NCBI GenBank assembly: GCA_951406725.2
Contig: OX597817.1
Span: 3,720,001-3,784,000, forward strand
DNA from: Octopus vulgaris
Taxonomy: Eukaryota
DNA: 64,000 nucleotides
Direction: 5' to 3'
Notes under the pieces: generated by a model
Databases searched by the model: none
What the model was told of the DNA's origin: nothing
What the model saw: the letters and a program-made list of their open reading frames with translations, nothing else
Shown: positions 41,450-53,862 of the stretch, in pieces
Layout: every line of letters starts with the position of its first letter
Position numbering within the stretch: position 1 is the first letter of the stretch
Translations under genes and position numbers: made by a program

Positions 41450-42120
41450 TCAGTACGTTTTGTTACAGGGCTTGGTTTGAGTCGTCTGTCGTATTTGTTT
41501 TTGTATTGTTTTGTGTTGTTTGTGCAATGCAGATTGAGTTCTGTTGGGTATCGGACTTCTATGGCACATGTTGTAGCACGTTTGTTCATTTTATTGAGTA
41601 TTGATCGGATGTTTTGGAGGTTGTTGCATAGTAGAGTGTGTAAATCATAGATCAATCATTTCATTGTATTTATGGTTATCTGCCCATCGTTTTGTTAGGT
41701 TTTGTTATGGATCCGTCTGTACAGCGCTTACATTTTGACAGTTCACCTCCCACGGATATGTGTTAATGTTTCTTTCGTCGTTATAATAATTATTGATATA
41801 TAAGCGAGAGACCAAGAAGAAACAGCAATGTGCATATAATGTAGATGATTTCTCTAGTTATGGATGCATAGGTGACGAAACTTTTACTCACAGATTTGCA
41901 GTTTTCGTATAGAGTTATTGCAGGCCATATGTTTGCATTTTCCCGCACATTTTACTGTGGCGGCGCATCTGATGGAAGCGCTTACTTATATATATAGTCC
42001 ATATAAGTAAAATCTTTCGGTTTACCGAGATGACTTGGATTAAAATATAGTCTTATTTCATTGTTTTTTCGGATTATAAATTCCTGCTTCACGTTGGTTT
42101 CAGATTTGTCCTGTCTTCCC
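41450..42120 (-). mobile_element. Possible old Neptune-like linker/GIY-YIG relic
   Basis: Minus-strand PP.VKCAGKC..C, EIIYIIC and IE..YPTELN fragments are colinear with the PLE C-terminus. Confidence 0.35.
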
Positions 42121-42169
42121 GGCAGCTCAGCGTTACACGTACATGCTATTTGCAATTCGCTGTAGTCGT

Positions 42170-42226
42170 CGTCTTCTTCTTTTTCTTCTTCTTCTTCTTC
42201 TTCTTCTTCTTCTTCTTCTTCTTCTT

Positions 42227-42316
<90 letters not shown>

Positions 42317-42439
42317 TTTTATTATTATTATTATGATTATTATTATTATTATTATTAACATTATTATTATAATTATTAACATTATTATTATAATTATTAA
42401 CATTAATATTATTATAATTATTATTATTTTAATTATTAA

Positions 42440-42505
<66 letters not shown>

Positions 42506-42565
42506 AATTATTATTATAATTATTAACATTATTATTATTATAATTATTATTATTTTAATTATTAA

Positions 42566-42614
<49 letters not shown>

Positions 42615-42658
42615 ATTTTTATTATAATTATTAACATTATTATTATTTTAATTATTAA

Positions 42659-42712
<54 letters not shown>

Positions 42713-42743
42713 CATTATTATTATTATCATTATTATTATTTTA

Positions 42744-42775
<32 letters not shown>

Positions 42776-42857
42776 CATTATTATTATTATTATTACTATT
42801 ATTAATTATTGTTATTATGATTATTATAATTATTATTATTATTATTATTATTATCAT
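42170..42857. repeat. (CTT)n + degenerate (TTA)n microsatellite
   Basis: Direct inspection. Confidence 0.95.
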
Positions 42858-43185
42858 TAATACACTTCCAACAGAGGTGGTTATTGTAAAGTGACACGCA
42901 AGTGTCTTGGCAAGGACCACTGGTACGGACGACGTTGTCACCTTTGTAGTATAATGCAGGATGCTAGAAGTGATGTACATAACATTTAAGAATAATTGAT
43001 CACATGCGTGTGTGAGGGCGTGTGTATACATATATGTACACTCATACACATATATATTCATATACATGTCTAAATGAATGTGAGCATGTGTGTGTTATGT
43101 GATCGTATTGTTTCAAAACCAGTCCGAACGATGCTGTTCAGGCAACAATCTGCTCATGAGGCAATGTCATTCAATATATAGTTCA

Positions 43186-43570
43186 CTAGCAGTATCGCCC
43201 GGCGTTGCTCGGGTTTGTAAGGGAAATAACTATATAAGCATTTTTAGAGATGTAAAGTATAATAGCCATCTCAATATGGCTAACCACAAAGGGGGGATGT
43301 TACTGTAGCTTTTTACGTTCTGAGATTTAATAATAAATTTTTAGAGAGTTACTTCCAAAAATGCATTAAAAAATGGGAAAATATTTATGGTAAATTTTTT
43401 TTTAATCGTAGACTCATCGTAGACGCGCGCTAATACCCAGAAGGGCTCGATATGTATCCCGACTATAAGATACCCGGTTTTGGTTAAACTGCACCGCAAA
43501 ATGTGGGAGTAGTTAGGAATCTAAATCGTAGGAGACAGACAGCATAGAACCTCACTTTTATATATAAAGA
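43186..43570 (-). mobile_element. Non-autonomous Helitron
   Basis: Minus strand starts A|TCTTTATATATAAAAG and ends with hairpin CCCGAGCAACGCCGGG, 8 nt, CTAG|T. No TSD. Confidence 0.85.
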
Positions 43571-44208
43571 TTTTGACGTTCACATGTCCCTGTACGAAGT
43601 ATTGCGGTACCAGTTATAGGCACACATTTCAGCTGGTTTTCTTGCTTCATCCTTAAGTTTGAAAACGTTGTACACACTTCCAAATACTCTACTTACGTTC
43701 ATGAAGCACACATTGTTTCCAATCCCATCAATAGCTTCCGTTACGCTTTACTTCGATTTTATAGTATTATTTTCTAGCATAAACGTACGACGGCATTTTA
43801 ACTGCACACTTAATGACTAGGTTTGTCACCTGCAACTTCCATTAGTCCCTATCTTCCACACAGTTTGTGGGCTCCCAGTATTTGTCATCAGCCTTCTTAG
43901 GCATTTGCAAAGCATTGTAGGGATTGTTACTGTTTCCATTTCTCACATTCTAGCTATCTGTAGTTGAGTAAATTCTCCACTTGATTTATATATACAGTGC
44001 TATTTGTTGGATATTTCATAGCAGTTTCCTCGTGTATAATCTTTCTAAATACGGTCATATATTTCTTTTCTGTTTTTTTCTATCCCCACCCCGATATTTG
44101 GAATCTTATCTCAGCGACTCGGAACGTCATGTGTTATGTCAGATTTTTCTTTCGCTGGTTTCAAAACGCCTGTGGTGATTCATGACTCCCACTTCATTCT
44201 TAGCCAAT

Positions 44209-44423
<215 letters not shown>

Positions 44424-44424
<1 letters not shown>

Positions 44425-46508
44425 TCATTGCCTTTGCACAGCTTCTAACTTTGGAGATGCACTATGGTATCAGCTGTTCCCTACAAGTGAACTAAGGTAA
44501 CACCCCTTATATTTCGAGCACCATCCGGAGTATTCGAGCCATTCCAAGCAGTGCTGTTCTCTGCAAGTGCCCCACCCGTATTGCAGCCCCTATTTGTTCC
44601 ATGTATTTCTCAAGATTTTTACTCACTGTTGCCAGGGCTCCGACGATTATTGTTACTACTACCACCTTCTTCAGTGACTACAAATGCTTAACCTCCCAAG
44701 CTAACCGAATTCTTTTCTTCCTTATCGCATACCTTGTTGTCAGCTAGGCATGCTATATCTATGATCCAGCATCGCTTGCTTTCTTTTTCAATTAAGACTA
44801 TGTCTGGTTTCCTTTTTCTCTATCTCATCGTTGCACTGAATCCTAAAATGCCATATTGTCTTTGTATTATCATTTTCGATGATGTTTAAGAACGTACCAC
44901 ACTTTTGCTCAGTCAAGTCCATACTTGTTACAAAGTGGAAAATCCTTGCTATATTCTCATGGTATCTCTCACATTCTTTCAGAGCTAGTAGCGTACATTG
45001 ACTGTAATATGCCATACGATTTTACCATTTTGTCCACAAATTCTGCACATATAACTTTCTGATGTGTTGCCTATTTTGTATTTGAAGTAATTGGTTCTTA
45101 ATGCTTACTCTTGGGGAGCACAGATTGCAGCCTGTTTTTCTGGTGTTAAATCACTTTTAGTCAATCATAACCATCTTTTTTTTCTGTTTGTCTTATCTGC
45201 ACCATCATTATGAAATTGTTCATGCATTCTTTTTTTATCCACCTATCTTCAGTTTCATTCATTCTCAAGTCCTTGTATTGTGCTTTATCTTTGCAATCTT
45301 TCATTCTAAACAAGCCTGACCTTCCTACTTCTAATAATAGCGGTTCTGTGGCATTTTTTACAAACCATTCTATGTTGTTTTCTTCTGCTCTAATGCTGTG
45401 TTCGCATCCAATGAGTCCTCTTCCCCTTCTTCTTCGTCGAACCTACAACCTGTCTGTGTCATTTTGGGGTGGAGTATTCCATATCTAGTCAGTAACTTCC
45501 TTGTCTTTCTGTCTAATGTTTCGTTTGTCTACTGTCCATGAGATTACCCCTGCTCCATATCTAAGTAATGAGACCGCTCAGGTGTTGATAGTTTCAGTCT
45601 TATTCCGTCCGTTTAATTTTAACCTAAGAATCAGTCTCAGTCTGTGCAAGTACTCCACCTTAATTTTTTCTGTCATTTCTTTCTCCAACAATTTATCCAG
45701 TTCCAATATCCCCAAGTACTTATAGACCGCCTCTTCTATCTGCTTCATAACCTCCCAGCGACGGTATCGTTAGCCCGTCCATACATTTGATTTTGCCTCT
45801 CTTCGAGACTAACACACCACTCTTTTTCAGTCCGAACTCCATTCTGATATCAGAACTGAAAGTATACACCGTATCAACGACGGAACTGACTTGGGATTTA
45901 TCTTTATTATAAAGTTCGAGTTCGTTCATGAATAAGAAGTGGTTGACTTTTTGTTGGCTGCTCTTAAATGCATACGCAGCTTTTGTTTTCCTCAGAATCA
46001 GTGTTAGTGGTATCATGCACAGTACAAAGATCAGAGGGGACGGGCAGTCACCTTCGAAGATGTCTCTCCTGATTTCTGTTGTCCTTAAACTTCTTCTGTA
46101 TGCTGTCAGTTCCGTACTCCACTTCACCATGCTTATTTCAAGCAATCTCCCAACATTCGATGCAATACCAAATAGGTTCATACATTCCATAATCCAAGAA
46201 TATCGGACCATATCATAGGCCTTACGATAATCGATCCATGACATGGCTAAGTTAGTTTTCCTCCTCTTGCAATCTCTAAATGCAGTTTTGTCTACCAGGA
46301 GTTGATCCTTGGTACCTCTGCACTTACGCTTGGAACCATTCTGCTCATGTGGCAGGCCTCCAGTCTTTCCAGATGTCCGTACATTGACTCTGCGACTATT
46401 CCAGCCAATAATTTCCACACAAGTAGCAAGCAAGATATTGACCTGTAATTATCTACCGCATTGCCTTTTGCGATGTTTTTCAAGTACAGCACTATCTTAC
46501 CCATTATC
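44424..46508 (-). mobile_element. R4/Dong-like non-LTR element (RT + CCHC + restriction-like endonuclease), 5'-truncated, degenerate
   Basis: [67 protein letters not shown] remnants. 3' end abuts (TAA)n. Confidence 0.88.
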
Positions 46509-46509
46509 A

Positions 46510-46542
46510 ACCACCACCACCACCACCACCACCACCACCACC

Positions 46543-46641
<99 letters not shown>

Positions 46642-46652
46642 ATTATTATTAT
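46510..46652. repeat. (CAC)n(CAT)n(TAT)n compound microsatellite
   Basis: Direct inspection. Confidence 0.95.
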
Positions 46653-46900
46653 TCAGTACAAGCAAATTTAATTAGCAGAAATGTTATCTTGAGTTTGGTA
46701 ACAAATGGTTTCATTAAATCTTAAGAATCTTTCTTAGGATTTTGCTCATTATAAGAATGTGCTTTTCTTCAGGTTGACTATGCGAATCTCAATTCCAATA
46801 TCTTTCAGTTGTTTAGTAAGATTTTGCTTGTTGTGTCAAGTACACCAATTATCACGTGAATAACACTAGGCAACAAATTTCCACTTTATTTTGTTACAGA
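46653..46900 (-). mobile_element. Short 3' fragment of another R4/Dong-like element
   Basis: Minus strand VIIGVLDT..LKDIGI..LKKSTFL resembles the RLE C-terminus. Ends directly in (TAA)n. Confidence 0.45.
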
Positions 46901-48317
46901 TACTTAAACTACTGACTCCCACCAACTTTCTGATGTTAATTTCAGATCTGCTACCTATCACTCCAAATTCTGTGAAACTGAAAGCCATATCTAAGCTACT
47001 ATTCTGTACCACGTTTTATGTTAAGCATACTAAAATAATTAGTGAACAGGGATGAATGTTTTACATTGCAATAATACAACTTTAAGGCTAGCTTACTATA
47101 GTTAACAAAGGTTTCCGTTCTGTTGGATCAAAGCGAGATAATCCTTTCTAATTTCTAATTTACATTATATGTAAATTTTATCCATGCTGATCGTTATTTA
47201 CAAAAAAGAGAAGCTAAACTATAATATATCAGGTATAAAATTTATCTTTACTAATTGCAAAAGACAATTAAATACAAGTTTATAATTGCGAAATATACTT
47301 TTCACAGTGTCAATCATTTAATGTATATTTTCAGTTTAAACGTAACTCCAAAATTCATAGAGATTGCATGTATGAAACAATAAAAAGAATTGTAAGTTCC
47401 CAGTGGATTTAGCCTGTGGCCCTGTTCAAAATGTGGGACGTGTTAACGTCTCCCACATTGGAGACACTCCCAAAGACCTTCATAGTCTAGGAGAACTTGG
47501 TTTTCAGGTTGTCTGTTTCACGTTTTACAATTTTTACAATGTTCATAGAGCATTGAGCAGCAGTGATGTTCTTAGCATTTCAATACTCGGCGCAAATTCT
47601 CATGACAGAACTCCTTTCTAATAGTCAGATAGTTTCCAGTCCTCCAAATCAGTTAACTTTTTCTCAAATACAGCTTAAATCTCTACGCTTTCACTAATAC
47701 ATAAAGTTGATTCTGAAAAAGAAAAGAAGCATAATGTCAAATTTAGCCAGAACAGCCTGTATGTATCTATGCATGGTCAAGTGCAGCACAGAAAACAGTA
47801 ACTTGGAGGATAGCTTGTTTGCTTTGGCTTCATCAGCCTACTGCTATCATGCCTTTCTTTTTTCTCATTGGCTTCTACTCAATAAAATATTTGATACTTT
47901 TGTCTAGAGTTATATCACGTTGTATTGTGTAAACGTATTGAGTGTATATATGTGTAGTGTGAGGAGAATGATTTATTTTATTAGTTAAGAGAGTAAGACA
48001 ATGTCTTTGGCTCATTAGAATAATGGGGAAAAGTATCAAACCAAGGAATTAGTAAATTGTAGCTTCGTATAGTTGTTACAGATGTTTATGTAGCTCCATG
48101 TCAATTCTGATCCAATAGCCTCAATGGTACATAGTTGTGGTTATACCCTGCCACTTTGAGAATTATACTTCACATTCCTCTGTTCAATGTCGAGTTGTAA
48201 GCTGAGCTCGGTCTGAACGGAACAGCTACTAATCCACCTCGTTTACTGAAATTTTCTTTCGTTTCAGTTTTGTGGGCCAATAACATAAATAGACGTCCAG
48301 TGGGAACTTCTGCTCTC

Positions 48318-48561
<244 letters not shown>

Positions 48562-50061
48562 AGGTTATAAAATATTAGGGTGTGTTCTGGGTGTGTTCCA
48601 TTTCCAGGACAGTGGAATATATCTTTTCTTTCTCAGGGTGAATAAACTTTGTAGCGATCGTATTTAGTTTCGATCCAATAGATTATGCCCTGTATCATTG
48701 TATGTGTAAAAAAAAATAATTCTGTTTTTCTCTCTGAAGTGAGCGGCCGATTTGGTTAAGTTACAAACCACATTCTTCTTAGTTACATTTTTCTTATATT
48801 CTTTTGTAACATTCTGTGCTCTTATATTAGTTCTAAGCGGAGTCGACTTTATTCATTGCATTCCTTGCTTCCAAAAACACCAATGGAAACTCGCTACAAG
48901 ATGAAGGATGAGGAATGGGAAAAATTACCTAAGGTTTGATTTCTGTGGTTACGTGGTAAGAAAATTATACACGGGGCTGCTTCTGAAAATATATCCTCGA
49001 AACTAGTGTACATAATTATGTCACTCTGTTGCTCTGTTGTGAAATGTACCACACAGCAAGTGGAGACTCTTATGCTGTTTAATTTGCCTCTTGATGCAGC
49101 TTAACTTCATTCACACGGATTGTGCCCTTAGATAAGGCATAAACGTTACTCATTTAATATCCCCCGGTTAAAAGAATAAGGCCTTGTTTGCCTAGATGCA
49201 GCAGACTTTAGTTAATGTGAAGCCCATGAAAGGAAACGTAGATACGTTAGGATTAAAACCACAATATGTGTTCAAATAAAATTTGAATGTTAAGAACACG
49301 CTTAGCTGTCCTTCACAAACAAGTGTGGCCTGGTAGTTTGGACCGATATTTTGCTGGTTGTTTTAGATACTTATGTCGCCAGAAGCTGATATAGACACCC
49401 CTACAACCCTAGCATCAATGATTCAATGGAATATCAAGAATACGATAACTTGAGTATTAGTTGCCAGGTGATAATTATTCTAAGCTGAGCTGATATGGAA
49501 ACTTGAAAGGAATGTCTTTGCACTCCTATGGTCCAAAGAATGGAATGAATTATGATGAAAAATAATGTAATCGAGTATATCCTTAATACTACGCTTAACT
49601 ATCACACTGGTTTGTGCGAAGTGAAATTATAAATGCCAGCAGTAACATATTTTCTATCATGGAATAGAAGAATTGGTTGAAATAGTAAACCGCTAAACTA
49701 ATTTATATACATAAATACATTTCGTATTATTTTATTCATACACTCTCTTATTCGTTTATTGGCTTCAACTATTGTACAATGGCCATCATGTGACAACGTG
49801 CTCAAAAATTTTAGTCACTTATATCAGCTCCAGTAATATGGTCGATGCATATTGTTAAAGGTTCGATATCAGAGGATGAAGAAAGGCGAAGTTAATCTAG
49901 CGTGATGACTGGCAGCTGATATAAATGCAAACATTACGAGGTCCATTTCTTGGATCTACCCAATATTTTACTACCCCACGTTTGAGATACCTGCCTACTT
50001 ACCTACCTACCTACCTACCTACCTACCTACCTACCTACCTACATACATACATACATACATA

Positions 50062-50716
50062 CATGGTGGCTGCCCCCTGGTTATCGAATATGGTCATTGC
50101 ACGAAGCTTAACTGTTATTAGTGCTGTGATCGAATGTGACTTTTATTTGATTTTTAAGGCTACAGCCAGCCATTCAGTTGAGACTCACAGCACCATCAAC
50201 AATCATGAACAATGTTGCTATCGTGCAATGCCTGTGCAAGAAGATTTTTTTAAGTGAGGAAAGGATGTGCACTGAGTCAATCCCACTCACTAAGCAACAA
50301 CAGCCATAATCCGAAAAGAAGAACAAATCAACATCATCGGTAACAACTGAGCCGCAGGTTTTATGTCGGAGTTATCCCAGTTACCTGGGTTACCTTCTCC
50401 TAGAAGGATGCCCTAACAAAGGCTAGGAGTCCTTTACTCCCAATGGTTTAACCGCGTGATCGGGTATTCAGTCCGATTATTTCTATGTCCCCGCGCATGA
50501 TGCAGCCTTCAGACATTTATTGGATGGCTGTTGACTCTCAAGAGTTCCTCCGCCTCTTGACGGGTTTCGTTTTTCATCCCGCATGGTGTCCAATAAACAC
50601 CCTCCTCACCAAGCAAGCTTGGTGGGTTTGCCGGTTTAGTCGCCGACGACCCGACCATGCAACAGGTTGCCCTGGGTTACATGTTACCAGTAGCACTCGA
50701 AAGTGACCTGACTTAA
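50062..50716 (-). mobile_element. Non-autonomous RTE-derived element in (CATA)n
   Basis: GC-richer 5' UTR with ggcatccttctaggagaaggtaac (RTE 5' UTR-like). 3' end ..gcagccaccat(gtat)n is similar to the RTE end at 53270. (CATA)n on both flanks. Confidence 0.6.
50631..50716 (-). ncRNA. HDV-like ribozyme candidate (5' P1 strand degenerate or missing)
   Basis: Minus strand: caggt(P2)-cac(P3)-tttcga-gtg-ctact-GG-taa-catgtaac..gttgcatg(P4)..CTAA-accgg(P2'). Confidence 0.45.
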
Positions 50717-51205
50717 ACATACATACATAAGTAATTTTTACTCTACGGTTCGAGCCATGCCATTGGAGTGAAGAAAATTGGATCGATGGGAACTTTGGGG
50801 AAGCACGTTGAATGGATAGCACTTGCAATTCAAAGGGCAACCCTTGTCACATTGTATGGTGCAGATTCTATCAACAAATTTCATGTCCGGGAAATTCACA
50901 ACATATTCGCACAAATTTACTACTTTTTTCTTCCTGTCTTTCGTTCTTCCCGTCTTTCTTCTTCCTTTCCTACCTTCTAACCAGGCCTACAAACATTCAG
51001 CACACACACACTCACACATATGCACATAAATATAGATGCAATATAGCAAAAAATTGCCTCTTCCTAAATTCAACACCAGATCTTTTCATCTAACATATAT
51101 ATATATATATACATATATACAAGAGGTATAATTTTCTGTAAAAATGTCATTACTGATGAATCTCTCGAATAGGATGAAGGCGCTACATAAATTCCGGCTT
51201 TTTCT

Positions 51206-51255
<50 letters not shown>

Positions 51256-52854
51256 AACCTTTCTGTTTCCGGCCACCAAAACCGTTCCAAAGGTTTGGGT
51301 CGGCCCGATGCTAAAGCAGAAGACTCTCAACAATGGTGCCATGCAGCTGGATAAACCCGTGGCCATGTGTTTCGGAAGCAAACTCCTTACCACACGCCCA
51401 CGCCTGGGACTCCTTGCAAACACTCATACTTATGAACATAGAGTCACATTTATTATCAAACACACATCAATTTACTGCAGGCATCTCAGAATTTAACTCG
51501 TTTTTCTCCGTCCCGGTTCAGTATCGATTTTTTCAGTCTATTTCACCATTATACTTCGTACTTAATTTCTCTTTCTCACTCCTACAACTGTTTCGATTTC
51601 TCTCCAACTCCCTATTCTTTCCTTTCTGTTAGTTGCTCTAGCTTTATTTATATCGCTCTCTTTATCAGTTTTTTCTTTTTCCCTTCATCTCTACCCCATT
51701 CATTCACATTCTGCTTTTTAGATATATAACTTCCTCTCTCAGTCGCTTTTATTCATTCGTATTCATATTTCCAAACAAAATGTCACTCTGTATATGCAAA
51801 ACCCTAATCGTGCTCACTGTATATATTTTTTTATCCCCTCTCTCCTCATGGTTTCTCTCTTTCTCTTTTTCTCTCTCATCACCTAAGCCTTTTTTACAAT
51901 ACACCTCTGCATATCTAGCTTCTATTCCATCTTTTCCTTCTCTGTCACACACTCAAATTCATCATATCACATGGGATCTTTCTCTCTCTTTCTGTCTGTC
52001 TCTCTCACATACACGCATACAGTGTTTGTCTTTTTTTACTTGCACATAAACACATTTACGCATCTACACATATCTACAACAAATTTTTACCGAACAGCTT
52101 ACATTGATTGTCATCTCACACTCTACCCATTCTCTTCTAACTTATACAAACTCTCTCTCTCTCATTGTCTCTGAACGATATCTCTTCTCTCCCCCTTTCT
52201 ATCATTCCCAGAGAAACACGCACTTATTCTATGTGTTATGAATGATAATTATCAATTATGTAAACTGTGGAAACAAATATTACAATGAATTCTATCAACG
52301 GCGCAAGGCTACTCATCATTTTGGAGGGGGAGAAATATAGGAGATTAAATTCACGCGGTACAGATCAGTATTTATTTCAATGAATGCCAACAGGGATAAA
52401 CCCTAATGCCAACTGAGGTAAGAGTTAGAAATGGGTAGAAGATTAGGTGTGTTTTGAAAGGGTCATTTCACAACTAGATGATACTGGGTTCGATGAAACC
52501 ACATTTGATAAAAAGATGTTCTTTTCTAAACTAAACACATAAAAATACAAGAAAAAATGAATACATGACAAGTCATTGTTGAAAAAATTCACTTAAGCAA
52601 TAAACTCAACGCACACAAACACACACACACGCGTAAGCACAAAGGCACAGAGACACACAAAAACGCGCGGCGTACACACACAAGACTCATTTAATTACCC
52701 TCGAAAACATACAAATCAACACATACATACATATATACATACAAAAAAAAATATCCTGTTGTTGACGTTGAAATTCAAACGAAGGAAACTTGGATCTAGT
52801 TTAGAAACCGGTTCTTTCTGTACTGGCAAGAAATCTTAAAATAAACTGAATAAT

Positions 52855-52901
<47 letters not shown>

Positions 52902-52934
52902 AAGGATGAAAAGGGACACACGAGTTGATATATA

Positions 52935-53205
52935 TGAAAGAACAAGTCAAGATAGAAAATGCTAAAATAATTTTATAAAGAACATTTCAGTACTGGTTTC
53001 GGTCATTTGAGACCTTTTCAATTGTAACTATTAAATAATTAAATTTAGAAAAATTAAAAGAAAATTTTTTTTAAAAGAATATATGTATAGTGTTCAAATA
53101 CAAGTGGCATTTTCCTTGTTTCCTTGAAAAGGTCTCAAATGACCGAAACCTGTACTGAAATGTTCTTTATAAAATTATTTTAGCATTTTCTATCTTGACT
53201 TGTTT

Positions 53206-53210
<5 letters not shown>
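52935..53210. mobile_element. PLE-type foldback insertion, 87-bp inverted arms, each carrying a U3-A8 hammerhead core
   Basis: 52935-53021 is the reverse complement of 53124-53210. Core TTGAAAA-ggtc(tcaaat)gacc-GAAAC-c(a/t)gt-A-ctg. (TA)n flanks. Confidence 0.75.
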
Positions 53211-53269
<59 letters not shown>

Positions 53270-53271
<2 letters not shown>

Positions 53272-53862
53272 GGTAGTTGTCTACTCCTTATACAGAGTTT
53301 GACCACTTCCTGTACCTACACCTTAGCACTATCATGGCGTCTGATGTGGGTTTTTAAACCAATGTTCTGAAAAGCCACCCACATAGATTGCATATCTGAT
53401 TTGGACTGCCAATACCTGCAGATAAGTTCTGCTCTTTGTGGATCTTAATATGTCTTTTGGGACCTCCGTTGGATTTTCAAACCTTCTGGCATACATGCAT
53501 TCAAAGGTGTGCACAGACATACAGTCAGAATAGTTGGTGGAGGTTCGTTTTCCATGCGTTCGCAAATGAGATAGGAGACCAGCCAAAGACAGGCATTGTC
53601 TACCACAGACTGTGCACACAAAAAGGGCATTCATCTCGATCGTTACATTAGATCTCTATTGATTCTTACTTGCATTATCCTGGTCTCTTCAAATGCTTTT
53701 ACTCCACTCAGCACCTTTGTTCGCCACCAACTCGATCCGAAGCAAGGGCTTCTATATCTTTTGGATCAATTCCAAGTGACTTCATAATAGTCCGTATGCT
53801 GTCCTTAAATCTTTTTTCAGATTTACTCCGATAGCGTTTCCCCTCTGCAAGCTCACCATCCT
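53270..53862 (-). mobile_element. RTE (BovB-like) LINE 3' fragment with C2H2 zinc fingers
   Basis: DGELAEGKRYRSKSEKRFKD..LASDR, then CTVCGRQCLSLAGLLSHLRTH and two further degenerate fingers. Ends ..ctaccat(gtata). Confidence 0.8.

Noticed and set aside
42143-42860. Poly-I/L/F/K ORFs (also 46309-46724, 63356-63932)
   Set aside because: Trinucleotide microsatellite artefacts.
47430-47460. Hairpin aatgtggga/tcccacatt
   Set aside because: Isolated short stem inside what looks like a decayed transposase-type fragment. No supporting features.
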